64,000 bases of DNA, taken from the NCBI GenBank assembly GCA_013265495.1, contig MU058815.1, positions 690,523-754,522 of the forward strand, in the 5' to 3' direction. The DNA is from Vicugna vicugna. Its lineage: Eukaryota. Both the position numbers and the translations under genes were made by a program. Shown here one piece after another: positions 38,528 through 51,308 of the stretch (the stretch's first letter is position 1; every line of letters starts with the position of its first letter). The notes beneath the pieces are model-generated. The model saw nothing but the letters and a program-made list of their open reading frames with translations, did no database searches and was not told the DNA's origin.

Positions 38528-41160
38528 TTGATGCCAGCATCATGGCAGAGTGAGGATCTCCAATTATCTTTCCCTTTCAATCTACATCCAGTAGAATATC
38601 CAAGAACCCAACACACCAGGATGCTGGAGAATCCCACGTATCTGTACACTTACAGGTGGGCAGAGTAGAACACACGGAGGAGGCAAAACTGAGGAAGCAG
38701 CCAAGGTGGTGCCTGTAATCCTGGTTCTCCGGGCATGGCAGCGGAGCCTGAAGCCGCAGAGAGCCCGGGTGCAGCAGGGGAAGCAGTGCACATGACTGCA
38801 GCCTTCCTGCTGCAGCTGCATTCATGCCACAAGTAACTGGGCGGCAGCAGCAGTGGGGCCTGAGATCCCATCTTTTCAGCCACAGAGATGCCCGAGATTC
38901 TGGACCCCTCTTCCCCTCCCACTCTGCCGCAGGCACGGAGCCTGAGAACCTGACAACTCCAGATGACGCAGAAGCACCCATGTGATGCTGGCTTTCCCTC
39001 TTTCCCGTTCGCCTGTGGCAGTGGGACCTGCAACTCAGGTGATCCCAGACACAGCAGAAGATCTCACCATCCCCGAGCCCCAGGTGGCAACGCCAGTGAC
39101 ATGGGCATCAGCAAAGCAGGAACGACCCCGGAGGCACAAGCACTGATAACAAGGGCGTGAAGCAATGACAGAGGCTGTGGAGGATGGAAAATGCCTCTCA
39201 AATACAATCAGAGGCAACTCAGGTAAGAGAAAACAAAAACTTGTGCTATACGTGCCCCTATTTGGAAGACAAATGAAAGACCTCTAATGTCTAATCTGTT
39301 GAATCATTAGCATCAAGTAGCAAGGTGTCCACTACTTCAAATGAGCCAGAAGGGGACAGGTCATCAAGCACCGTGAATAAACACAGTGACACTGTACCAC
39401 AGAATGGAAATGGCAGTTCTCCAGAAACCAAACTTAAAGTCACGGAATATTGCAGTCTAACTGATTCAGAATTCAAAATAGCTGTCATGAAGAAACTCAA
39501 TGAGCTACAAGAAAACTCAGATAGGCAGTTTAATGGATTCAGGCATAAAATTAATGAACAGAAGGAATACTTTACCAAAAAGATTTAAACTCAAAAAAGA
39601 ACCAAACAGAAAATCTGGAACTGAAAAACTCAATAAATAAGATGTGCTAGAAATCATTGGAAACAGAGCAGAACCTACAGAAGAGATAATTAGCAAATCT
39701 GAAGAAATGATACAAATAGAAGAGAGAGAATCAAGATATGAAAAAATAAGGAAATTCTAAGAGAGCTGACTCTTTTAGGAAGGGCAACATTAGGGCAAGG
39801 ACTATTGCAGAAGGTGGAGAGAGGGAGAAGAGAAAAGAGAGTTTATTAAAGAAATAATAGTTGAGAGGTCCCCCAAAGTGGGGAAGGAATTGGATATACA
39901 AATCCATGAATCTAACAGAACCCTTAACTACCTCAACACAAAAAGACCTCCAAGACACATTGTATTAAAACTGTCAAATTCAGTGACAAAGAAAGAATTT
40001 TAAAGGCAGCCGGGGAAAAAGGAAGCTGTGTCAGGCTATCAGCAGACTTCTCAGCAGAAACTCTACGGTCTGGGAGGCAGTGGAATGGCATTCTCAAAAT
40101 ACTGAAAGATAAAAACTGTCAGCCAAGAATAGTCTATTCAGCAAAGTTATCATTCAGATACGAAGGAGAAATAAAGACTTTCCCAGACAAACAAAAACTG
40201 AGGGAGTTCATTAATATTAGACCTGCCTTGCAAGAAACATTGAAAGGAACTCTTCTACCAGAAACAAAAAGGCGAGAGTGCACAAAACTTGGGATAAGGT
40301 GATAAACAGAATCAGAAAGTTGCACTTTGGGGGAGGGGACAGCTCAAGTGGTAGAGAGCATGCTTAGCATGCTCAGGGCCTGGGTTCAATCCCCAGTACC
40401 TCCTCCAAAAAATAAACAAGTAAACGGAATTACCTTCCCCACTTCAAAAAAAAAAAAGAAAAGGAAAAGAAAGTTGCACCTCTATATCAGAATAGATTTT
40501 TAAACACTTTATTACAGCATAAAGATTGAGGGGGTGGAAAGCAGGAAAAGTAACTATACTGGTTTGGTAACAAACTCAGAGCATAAAAAGGGATAATTTG
40601 AGACAACAAAAACACAGAAGGAGAAAAGGAAAGGATAGAACCCACGTAGGTAAATGAAGATATGATCCTCTCAGCACAAAAAGGACACTTTTTTTAAAAT
40701 GAGATGTTTTATAAAAAAAAATTCATGGTAACCACAAAACATAACTCTAGAACAGAGACATAAAACATTAAAAAAAAAACCTGAGAAAAGCATGATAGAA
40801 AACCACCAAATCAAAATGGCAGACAGAAACACAAGGAATAAGAAACAGTGGTGATATACCACAACTAGAAAACAAAAGATAAAATGGCAGTGCAAGGTCC
40901 TCATCTAACAATAATTGTAAATGGATTAAATTCACCAATCAAAACACACAGGGTGGCTGGATGGATTGAAAAATAAGACTCCACCGCATGCTGCCTCCTG
41001 GAGGCTCACCTCAGCTCTAAAGACAAACATAAGCTCAAAATAAAGGGAAGGAAGATGGTAGATCAGCCAAAGGAAAGTGGGTGTAGCCATGCTCATAGCA
41101 GACAAAATAGACTTCAAGCCAAAAAAGATAACAAGAGACAAAAATCAATAGTATATGACA
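38528..41160 (+). mobile_element. Old L1 (L1MA9/L1M3-like) 5' half: 5'UTR, degenerate ORF1, inter-ORF spacer, start of ORF2 endonuclease
   Basis: ORF1 motifs LTDSEFKIAVMKKLNELQENSDRQFN (within 39325-39588) and ADFSAETL..QPRIVYSAKLSFRYEGEIKTFPDKQKLREF (~40040-40210). ORF2 from ATG 40884: VNGLNSPIK.HRVAGWI..CCLLEAHL..DKIDFKPKK. Confidence 0.92.
40329..40467 (+). mobile_element. tRNA-derived SINE (Vic-1-like) inside the L1 inter-ORF region
   Basis: A and B boxes, A-tail, TSD agaaagttgcac at 40314-40325 and 40468-40479. Confidence 0.92.
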
Positions 41161-41163
41161 CGA

Positions 41164-41575
41164 TTTTTTTAAACTTTGTTTTGCAATATATTTTTAATGT
41201 TGAAGTATAATTGATGTACAGTATTGTATGTCATAGGTATACAATACACTGATTCACAATTTTTAAAGGTTCCACTCCACTTACAGTTATTGTAAAATAT
41301 TGGCTATATTCCCCATGTGGTGCAATATATCCTTGTAGTTTATTTTATACCTGATAGTTTTTACCTCTTAATACTCCACCTCCTCTCCCCTTTTCTGCTC
41401 CCCACTGGTAACCTCTAGTTCCTTCTCTAATCTATGAGTCTGTTAACTTTTCTGTTATATTCACTAGTTTGTTGTATTTTTTTAGATTCCACATATAAGT
41501 GATATTTTACAATATCTGTCTTTCTCTGTCTGACTTATTTCACTTAGCATAGGGCCCTCCCAGGCCATCCACGCC
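41164..41575 (-). mobile_element. Antisense L1 3' end nested in the older L1
   Basis: T-tract, ttgaagtataattgatgtaca...tagattccacatataagtgat...ctgacttatttcacttagcat...caggccatccac. Confidence 0.88.
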
Positions 41576-41642
41576 ATACACCAGAAACTAACACAACAGT
41601 TTAAATCAACTGTGCTTCAGATAAAAAGCAAGCAAACAAACA
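41576..41642 (+). mobile_element. Sense L1 extreme 3' tail
   Basis: atacaccagaaactaacacaacagtttaaatcaactgtgcttcagataaaaagcaagcaaacaaac; same family as the tail at 33692. Confidence 0.75.
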
Positions 41643-41644
41643 AC

Positions 41645-42542
41645 CCACCCATTTAAAACATGGGCAGAGGATCTGAATAGACATACGTCCAAAAAAGACA
41701 TGCAGATGGCCAACAGGCACATGAAAAGATGCTCAATGTCAAATTGTCAGGAAAATGAGAGTCAAAATCATTATGAAATATTACTTCACATCTGTTATAA
41801 TGGCTATTATTAAAATAACAAGTGTTGGCAAGAATGTGGAGAAAAGGAAATCCTCATACACTGTTGGTGGGAATGTAAGTTGGTGCAACTACTATGAGGA
41901 ACAATGTGGAGATCCCTCAAAAAATCATGAATAGAACTACCGTATGATCCAGCTACCCCACTTCTGGGTATTTATCCAAAAGGCTATGAAAAACACGAAT
42001 TCAAAAAGATAGATGCACGCCTATGCACACTGAAGCATTATTCACAATAGCCAACTATGGAAACAACCTAAGTGCTCATAAACAGATGGTCGGATAAAGA
42101 AGATGTGATATAAATATACAACGATACAGTACTCAGCCACTAAAAAAAAGATGAAATGTTGCCATTTGTGACAACGTGAATGGAACCTGAGGGTATTACA
42201 CTAAGTGAAATAAGAGAAGTACAAGTGCCATATGATTTTACTCACATGTGAATAGAAAAGAAACAACAAACAGAAAATAAATAAACCAAATCAAGCAAAA
42301 ACAAGATACAGAGAACAGAGAACAGAGTGGTGGTTCCTAGATGGGAAAGGATGGCGGGGAGGGTGAAATGGGTAAAAGGAATCAACTGTATGGTGGTGGA
42401 AGGAAACTGAACTGCTGGTCATGAACAGGCTGTAGTGTAGACAGAAACAGGAAATATTAATGTACACGTGAAGTTTACATAATGTTATAAACCAATGTTA
42501 CCTCAACGGAAAAACCAATTAAAATTAAGAAAAGTAAAAAAG
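41645..42542 (+). mobile_element. 3' portion of the old L1 (ORF2 C-terminus plus L1MA9-like 3'UTR)
   Basis: cccatttaaaacatgggcagaggatctgaatagacat...gaatagaactaccgtatgatccagc...tacataatgttataaaccaatgttacctcaa plus A-rich tail. Confidence 0.9.
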
Positions 42543-44387
42543 TTTGGAAACCACTGGACAAAAAATATGCAGAAGGAAAAAGAAGCACGCATGTTGAAGT
42601 TTCAAATCACTGAATCAACAAGTCGTGTTTAATGAAGATGTATTACATAATACCGGGTAACAAAGAATATACATTCATTTTTTATGTCCATAGGGGATTT
42701 ATAAAAATCCATCATTCATCCTGATACAAAGAGAATTCTTTTTTTTAAAAATTTTTTTTATTGAGTTATAGTCATAAGAAAATTGTTATTAAAGGCCAAA
42801 GCCAAAATCCAAATTAAGAAACTGGAAAACAAATATATTGGAATAAAATAAAGTAAGAGTAAGCTATAAATACACATAAAAGCTGACAATAGAACAAAAT
42901 GTATAACCATAATAAAAATGTGGATTTCTGAAAATATCTTGGAAGTAAACAAAATTCTGACTTGATAAGTGAAAAAATATGATTTTTTTTAAGATTATTA
43001 AGAACAAGAAATAAGAGAGCAGTGAAAGAATTAAGGATATTTTGTGACAATAAAATAGAATTTTAGGAGCAATATAATGCTCTGGTAATATATGAACGTA
43101 TATAATAAACAGCACCCAGAGGACATTTGAACAGGTCAGTGCTGTTACAATGTGTAGGAAGGGTAAATGAAGAACTGCTGGGTATCACCTTCCATTTAGA
43201 AGAGTCAGCGGGCTGCCGGAGCTCATGGGACTCAGACAGAAGCTCACCATTGTGTCTGGCTTTGCCAGATTCTTGGATGACCCCTGCTAAGTCTGATATT
43301 CCTTCACTAGCCTGGCCAGCAGTTGTTTGGTATTTTTCTTTTCTCCACTTCACAATTCTTATTAAACCCAGAAAAAAGAAATCCCAAATGGATGAATCAG
43401 AGGGATTTAGAATCTGTTCCTATGAGATGAGACAAGATGTGCTTCTGATCAAAAGATTGAGGAAACACTCCAAAAAAATCACCAGTGCTGTCTGCAAGGG
43501 CGAGTTCCAGATCACATTGATACCACCCTTCTTGGTTTCCTAAATGCATCACAAAACCATGAATGAACCGGGCGTCCTGGTAAATGATCCCGAAGGCTGG
43601 CAAAGATGATTTTTCACGCAGGTTAGAATGCTGTTAAGCAGAGAGCAGATAACTGTATCATCTGAAAAACTGGGTGAAGATGTGAGTGAAATCCCCCTAC
43701 ACTTATCGCTATCAGCAATGCCAGTTTCAGTAATCCTTTCTGATTTTATACACATTTGAGATAGATTTTCCATTTACGTTGGCACATCTCTCCATCTGGT
43801 TAAGGGCCCTGCAGGACAGAATTCTTGTGCTAGTCTCTGTCATTTAGGTTACGAGTTACACACTTTCCTGCCGAAGAAAGAGGAAAGTTAACTGTGACGT
43901 TGAGACCATGCTCTCTCAATCCCATTTATGAAACAGAGATAAGAACACCTAATTTGCAGAATTAGAGATAAAGAAGGTAAATATGTACCACGCAGAGTAA
44001 ATTCAATAAATGACAGACACATTTCACATTCACTGTGCGCCTCAGCTGGTAAATCTTTAGAACTGAAATCTCTTAAATATCAGTTTGTCTGTTAACCATT
44101 CTTAAGTTTACCTTTTTATGTTATTTTAAACAACATTTCTTCATATTTTTAGCCTAAAACAAATGCATATTTTAACTGATATTTTTAAAATCATTCTTTC
44201 TCATAAAATGCTAAATATATTTAAAACATTAGATTTAAATGTCTTCCCTTAAAGTAGGGAGCAGAAGATGTTACCAAAATTTTTGAGTCACTTTTCCATC
44301 TATTGTATACCACCCAAGTATTAAAAATATTTTACTTAATTTTTATCAGCACACCTGCATTTGACACTTCTGGGGTTTTGATTTCTT

Positions 44388-45880
44388 TTTATTGAAGTAT
44401 AATTGATAAATTAAACTGTGATATATTTAACATATACAATGTATATGTTATTTGATATAAGTATATACTGTGAATATATATATATATATTCCCTGACAAC
44501 CTGTTAATTAGCATACCCATCACCTTACATATTTACTTATTTTTTTTATTCTCATTTTTTATTTTTTGGTAAGGACACTTAAATTCTACTCCCTTAGCAG
44601 ATTTCAATTACATGATAAAGTGTTATCAACTATTATCACCATGGTATAATTAGATCCAGAGCTTATTCATCTTATAACTGAAAGCGTGTACACTTTGACC
44701 AGATTCTTCCCTCTTCCCTCAGCCCCTGCCCCTGCTCTGGGAAACCACCCTTCTATTCTCTGTTTCTGTGAGTTTGACTTTTTTAAAAAAACACTCCACA
44801 TGTATGTGATATCATGCTCTGTGTATCTTTCTCTGTTTGACTTATTTCGCTTAGCACGATGCCTTCCAATTTCATTCACGTTGTTGCAAGTGGCAGGACT
44901 TTCTTCTTTTTTAAGGCTGAATATATTCCGTGGTGAATGCATATACACCGCATCTTTATCCACTCGTCATCAGTGGTCACTTGGGCTGTTTCGGTGTCTT
45001 GGCAATTGTAGATAATGCTGCAACGAACATGGTCATACAGATATGTCTTCGAGATATTCAATTCATTTCCTTTGAATATATGTCCCCAAGGTGGGACTGC
45101 TGGGTCGTATGGACGTTCTATTTTTATTTTCTCGAGGAAACTCTATACTACTTTCCAAAGTGGCTGTACCAGCTCACATTCCCACCAGCAGTGCCAAGGG
45201 TTTCCCTTTCTCCACATCCTCGCTGACACTTGGTTTCCCTTGTTTGTTTTTGTTTTGGTTTTGATAAGAGCCTTTCCTATAGGGGCGAAGTGACACCCCA
45301 TTGTGGTTTTGGTTTTTATTTCTCTGATCATTAGTGATGCTGAGCGTCTCTCCGTGTGCCTGTCCGCCTCTTGTGTGGCCAGATCTATATCTCGGTTTCC
45401 TGTGCTTGCTCATGCCGGTTCTGCACCTTTGCAAAAAACGTCTCTTCAGGCCCTTTGCCCGCTTTTAATCAACTTTTTTTTCTGTTGGGTTGTATGAGTT
45501 CCCTGCATACTTTGAATAGTAACCCCTTACTGATTACGTGACTTGCAAATATTTCCCTCCATTCCATACGTTGCCTGTTTGTTCGGTTGATGGTTTTCTT
45601 TACCGTGCAGAAGTTTTTTAGTTTGGTGTCGTTTCACTTATTCATTTTTGTCTTTGTTCCTTTTCTGCTTTTGGTGTTAAATCCAGAAAATCATGGCCAA
45701 GACCAAGCTTATTCCCTGTGTTTTCCTCCAGGAGATTTGTGATTTTAGTTCTTAAGTTGAAGTCTTTAATCAATTTTAAGTTGATTTTCTAGAGTGGTGT
45801 ATAATACAGGAGTCCGGTTTCATTCATCTGCATGTAGATATCCAGTTTTCCCAACAGCGGTTACTGAAGAGACTATCCTT
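44388..45880 (-). mobile_element. L1MA-like 3' 1.5 kb (3'UTR plus ORF2 C-terminus)
   Basis: Minus-strand ORFs contain [26 protein letters not shown] tggggttttgatttctt (44371-44387) / tggagtttttatttctt (45881-45897). Confidence 0.92.
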
Positions 45881-46186
45881 TGGAGTTTTTATTTCTTATG
45901 CTTTAGTGGATTGATCTGCTTTCAAACATATGGACTCATTCCATGTCAGAGCTTACTGTGGATAGAATCTCAGCCACCACAAAAAAGAGCTGGTCAGGAG
46001 AAGAACACTGCACCACGCTCTAGCCTTCCTTCCGTGGCTGGTAGCTGGCATCACCTTCCACTGAGCAGGCGCACCTGCTCAGGGTCAGCCTTGCGCTTTG
46101 CATGACCGCTCACCCCAGGAGCAGGGCCCGCGGAAGGAGAGCGTGGCCTTCTGGGTTCCACTGAGACTTCAGTCTGTCTGTATTTG

Positions 46187-46705
46187 TGTAATAGAGAAGA
46201 ACCGATGTGACTCCATGTTAGACCTGTTCCTTTAGCTCTAACCCTGTGCTCTGCCCCCTGTGCTTAGTTGTGCTGGTTGTGCACCTTTTGTAAAAGGATG
46301 TTGCCTAGAGCCTGAAATAGACAGGACAGCCCATTGTCAAGGCTCCGACCTTTAAGGGTGTGACACTTTCCCATTCACACAGAGGCAAAAGCTTGCAGAA
46401 CAAAGAATACCGTTTGTCCTGTTGGAGGATTACAGGAACACCATGACTTGACCCACGGGCACAGCTGCAAGAACAAAGGATTCCTACACCAGGAAGTTTG
46501 CAACCACCAGCCACACCCCCTCCCCTTTTTAGTATAAAAGGAACCTGAATTCTGCCTTGGGGAAGATGGCTCTCCAGGACATTGGTCTGCCATCTTCTCA
46601 GTCTTGCTGGCTTTCCAGCAGATGCTCATTCCCTGCCCCAGCACCTCGTCTCCCAATTTACTGGCCTGTTGTGTGGTGAGCAGAACAAGTTTGGACTCAG
46701 TAATA
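46187..46705 (+). mobile_element. ERV1-type solo LTR (519 bp)
   Basis: Starts tgtaatagagaag and ends ctcagtaata (CA mutated to TA). Perfect 4-bp TSD tttg (46183-46186 / 46706-46709). TATA box gtataaaag ~46532. Confidence 0.85.
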
Positions 46706-47664
46706 TTTGCAGTTGCAAATACATAGTGGTTAGGACCTTGTACTATTCCAAACTAACTAACCTTGACTGGCCATTCCTTCCTTCTCTAGACAGTCTTTCC
46801 GTAGCATGTTATTTGTGATAACCAGTCTTTTCTTTTCTGTCCTCAACGAAAATGCTATCATGTTTATGTTTGCTTCTACAGAATGAAAAAACAAAATAAA
46901 AATCTCAGCAGCCTTAAGTCTTCCAAGATACTCATCTTTATTTTACAATCAAAATCTAAGTCGGTTTTAATTGAGAATCCCTTTAACACTTCAAAAGCCT
47001 GAACCAGTTCGCAGTAAGAAAAGTGCCATGGTAAACACTTGAAATTTGAGGTCCTATTTCTGATAAAGCTTATGAATCATGATCCAAACATGCTAGTAAT
47101 TATTCAGAGAAAGTGCCACTATCAGAATTTCTGATGTAATTTCTAGTTGTATATAGTTTCATTGCATGAGAAAAAAAAAAAGACAGCAATTGGGGAAAAA
47201 AGGGAAAAAAATGCCAAGACCAATATAATAATACGTTTTTTAGCAGTCTGCTTGATTCTGCCCACACTTACTATTTTTAGTTTACACAGTTTAGTTTGCA
47301 TAGTTATTATTTCTAGTTGTCACAGCGGTTTATTGAAATTAATTCACAACAAGAGTAGTTTTCTAAATTGTCACATTTCATGACAATTATAGCTCTTTTT
47401 AACCATTTATTGTTGTAGTACCCGTAACTGCATAAGCAAAACAGATTTACTGACAAATTTCATATATTTTATCTGTAACTCCTGATATAAACATATTCTA
47501 TATTTGCAACATCAAGAAATATTGGTTATGTTTCTTCTCAGCGACTGGATTAACATTTTATAATAGAAATAGTTCAGTGAAGGATTTCACTGCAACATGT
47601 ATTTTTAGTACCTTTTGTTGTTCAGTTAAAAAGGAAAGAAAAAGATGAACACACTTAACCTTAA

Positions 47665-47815
47665 TTTTTTTTTTTTTTTGGTGGGGCAGGAGAGGTAATT
47701 AAGTCTATTTATTTATTTATTATTATTATTATTTTTTTTAATGGAGGTACTGGGGATTGAACCCAGGACCTCATGCATGCTAAGCACACACTCTACCACT
47801 AAGCTATACCCTTCT
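47665..47815 (-). mobile_element. tRNA-derived SINE (Vic-1-like)
   Basis: Poly(T), gaggtaattaagtctatttattt, ggggattgaacccaggacc...ctaagctataccc; flanking ccttaatttt repeat. Confidence 0.9.
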
Positions 47816-50164
47816 CCCTTTAATTTTTAATTATTAGGAAAAATCTTCAACTTGTTTTCCTTTGTAAAGCAGGTAGAACCCATGAAGACAGAAAATTTAG
47901 CAGTTTTTTAAAAAGCGTGCTGATTAGTTTTTGGTTTTTTACGTGAAATAGGCATACACTAAAAATGTAATATGCCAAAATGATTTTATTCCGTTTTTAG
48001 GATGGTCTTATCAAACAAAGCCAAATATTTTATTTTAGGAATGTCTGCTTGCTCTTTAGATGCCATTTCTTACCTGTTTTGTATTTCCTTTTGTCAATAT
48101 ATCTGGGAAAACTTTTTAGGAAGTTTGGTTAATTCCGTTCTATAGTTCAGTTAAACCAGTATTATCACAGAACTAACGAGGGCCACCTGCAGTGTCAATT
48201 AAAACGTTTTAAAAGTAGTTGGCGTAGCTGTCACGTTGATAATGTGATGTGACCTGAGAGCAGATGTGGATAGTATTTTGTGAAGTTTAGTTAAGCATTA
48301 CAGCCGCCATCAATATAATTAGTAGCAAGAATTATTGTGCCTTAATTGCAGACTGGAAAAAAGGATAATGAAGCATTCTGTCTTGTGGACTTTTTAAAAA
48401 TCAACTGATAAGATCATGTAATGTGCACGAATTGATTATAACCTAAAGATAATTAAATCGTACTTGACTGGGTCATTATTTGAGCCAGAAAATGAGATAC
48501 TGGATTCAGAGTTCACTGTCTGCCTTGTGAGTGAAAATGCTCTAAATCTCAGGGAATTTGTTTTAGAACATGAAGTTTCACACCTACCTAGATAGACCTG
48601 GGCTGCTTGAGTACTTAAAAATACACATTGCTTGAGATAATGATGTCCAAATTAAGCCACCAATTAAGGCGTAAAAAGGGTTGATCATCGGTAATTTTAT
48701 ACACAAAGAAATGTGTAGGCAACAACATAGGCATTATGATACAATAATTGAAATTATATTTTTAATTTTGAGTGTTTGACTTTACAGTTTATTCTAGATC
48801 AACTATGGTATTAGCCTTATGTTGAAAATATACTTCCATGACCACTTAATATAAATGTTTTATCAAGTAGCCCACAGTTTGAACAATGATTTTAAAAACT
48901 TTGTCTTTTCTGAGACTAATTCCTACATTTTGAACATGTAAACATTTTCAAATATATACATGTGGTTCTTTCGAAGACCTTTAAAGAGTTTAAAAATTTT
49001 ATCCTAACTGAAAAGTGTTTTAAATGTCTTGAAAGAGTAAATGCAGCATTAATGCATAAGTAATTCAAAATCTATTTTAATTAGAGACAATTTTAAAAGC
49101 TGGGAAAAAACCATGTTTTATTACGGCTTTACTGATTTGGGAAAGGAAGACAAATCTCTTGCTCAGTGTCAAATCATGGGCGACTGCATTGCAACAAATT
49201 GTAGTTAAATCGAACTGCTTCCAAAGCAGCTTCCATCTGCAAGAGTGGACAGAGGGCGTATTCACAAAACATCCTTCTCGTGTAATTCTGCATGCTCTGC
49301 TTAATGACACTGTAAGTCACAATATCAGTTAGTCTTATGTTTAGATGTCTCCTGGTTGAAAAGTTATGACCCAAGTGATGATGAGAATATAAATGTAATA
49401 TGGAACAGAGGACACTTGCTCTTTTATATATATTTTCAAGAAGGTGACTTAATGAGAAAATAGAAAAATAATGCGGCTCTGTTTTTATCTATCACTTTAT
49501 AATCTAGTTGCCCATAGACATATACACAGATGTCTATATACCTCAGGATTAATAACTCTAATATGTAACATAGTAAATTATTGCTATTCCAAAATATTAT
49601 TAGTAACTAAGAAAACTTGCTAGCACACATATTTAAATTCCCACTCCACAGCCAACATTTTTACTAAAGAATTTAATAACCTGAGGCCAATGCATTTGTT
49701 TTCTCATGTCAAAATTTTAATCTTGTTTCTATTTTATCTTTTATATTGAATAAACTAAAATACTGAATCAACTAAAATGGGATTTTTTTAAAGACGATAT
49801 TATTTTATTTATCATAAGAAAACACACGGCTAATTAACCTACAACATGACATCAATTTAAAGACAATCTGATTTCACTGACGATAAGATGTGATAAAAAT
49901 GGGCTTCTGTGAATAGATGAAACACGTTGTTAGCACCTTTGGCTCCACCAGAAGCGGACCCTGAGATGGAGGTGGTTAAAAGGCTCTTGGGATCCACACC
50001 GGTATGGGACTGAAGGAAGCATGATTGAAAAGAGGGGAGACCTCAAAAGGTGATGCATTCACAGCAAAGGCCTCTGCTGGTCCTCCAGGAAGCTCTGGGG
50101 CTGGAGGGTGGGAGGGTCCCCGGAGCTTTCCTGATGTGGATGAAGGTGTGACCTTGTGCAAGGC

Positions 50165-50378
50165 TGTGTTCCTCAGCCTCAGACCAAAGGCAGTGGAGGT
50201 GGACATTTGACAAAAGTTGAGACATCTTGGGTTCTCACAGCCTCAGGGATCGAGGTGTTGCTACTGGCATTTAGTGGGCAATGGTCAAGGATGCCACTGA
50301 ACACCCTACCTTGCACCAATGGCCCAACACGAAGACTTACTCGCCAAAACAGCAATACTGCGGGGGGTGAGAAACTGC
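50165..50378 (+). mobile_element. MER20 hAT MITE
   Basis: ggacatttgacaaaagttgagacatcttgggttctcaca...gctactggcatttagtgggc...ggatgccactgaacaccctac...ggtgagaaactg. Confidence 0.75.
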
Positions 50379-51240
50379 CTGGCAGTTGCAGGGATGAGAG
50401 GAATGCGGACAGACCCCTGCCTCACACCGCAGCCTGCATTACACTGTCAAGTCTTCAAAAACCTTTGACTCCTAGAAAATCAGATATAGGCAGAAATTAG
50501 GAAAAAAATGGCTTTTAAATTTAAAAGCACTGTTAATGTAGAAAGAGTGTAATTTATATTGCAGTAGAAGGCGTCCAGGAGTAATGTAAAAAGAACACCT
50601 TTCTTTCATGAATTACTTGCTGCTCCGATATAAAGTGAGGGCAGGGTTTGCCGCCATGTACAGAAGCCAACAGAGTGATTCTACTGCATTTGGCCAGCAA
50701 ACAGCGCGCAATATATTTTGCCATGAACTGTTTGATCGTAGCTGTAGATTAATCAAGATCTTAAGACCGGAATTCCGTTGCCCTGACAGATTTTATTTTG
50801 CACAACCAACTAGCATCTTTTCCTTCTATGTTTGACATTCCATCAAACGGCATTTCCAAATGTTACATACTTGTACCCCATGTTACCTCGTGCATGTGGG
50901 TTTCAGGTTATGATAAATCAGCTGGTGAACAACATTTTGTCTGGCTTTCCCAGCAAAGGGTTAGTTTCAGCAGTGCCAGTATCATTGAATTGTCATTTCA
51001 AATAATTGCGCAGTCCTGTAGAGTGAAAGATCATAGCTTATCATTATTTTATAAAAATATGTGAGAAAATATGTGTCCATTGAGAGTGTTTACACTTTCA
51101 TTTAAAGCAGAGGTTTCACAAACTTAAAATAAGATAAAAAAATCATTAGTTATGCTGCAAAGAACAGACCCTTGGCCTCATTCTGAAACTAAACCTAAGC
51201 CAGTAACCCATGGGTTGGATTATAAAGAAAAGAAAAACAA

Positions 51241-51308
51241 TTATGCTGCCACCAGAAATTGACACCTTGTAACTGACTATACGTCAATTTAAAAAATTAA
51301 ACGTTAAA
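51241..51308 (+). mobile_element. Ultra-short L1 3' tail
   Basis: ttatgctgccaccagaaattgacaccttgtaactgactatacgtcaatttaaaaaa. TSD aaagaaaagaaaaacaa (51224-51240) / aaagaaaagagaaacaa (51309-51325). Confidence 0.85.

Noticed and set aside
38528..42542. Retrotransposition-competent full-length L1
   Set aside because: ORF1 and ORF2 are broken by stops and frameshifts, and the RT domain is deleted.
43063..43773. Cluster of overlapping ORFs (up to 138 aa) in unique sequence
   Set aside because: No recognisable domain, frames on both strands are interrupted, and there is no convincing splice-site pair.
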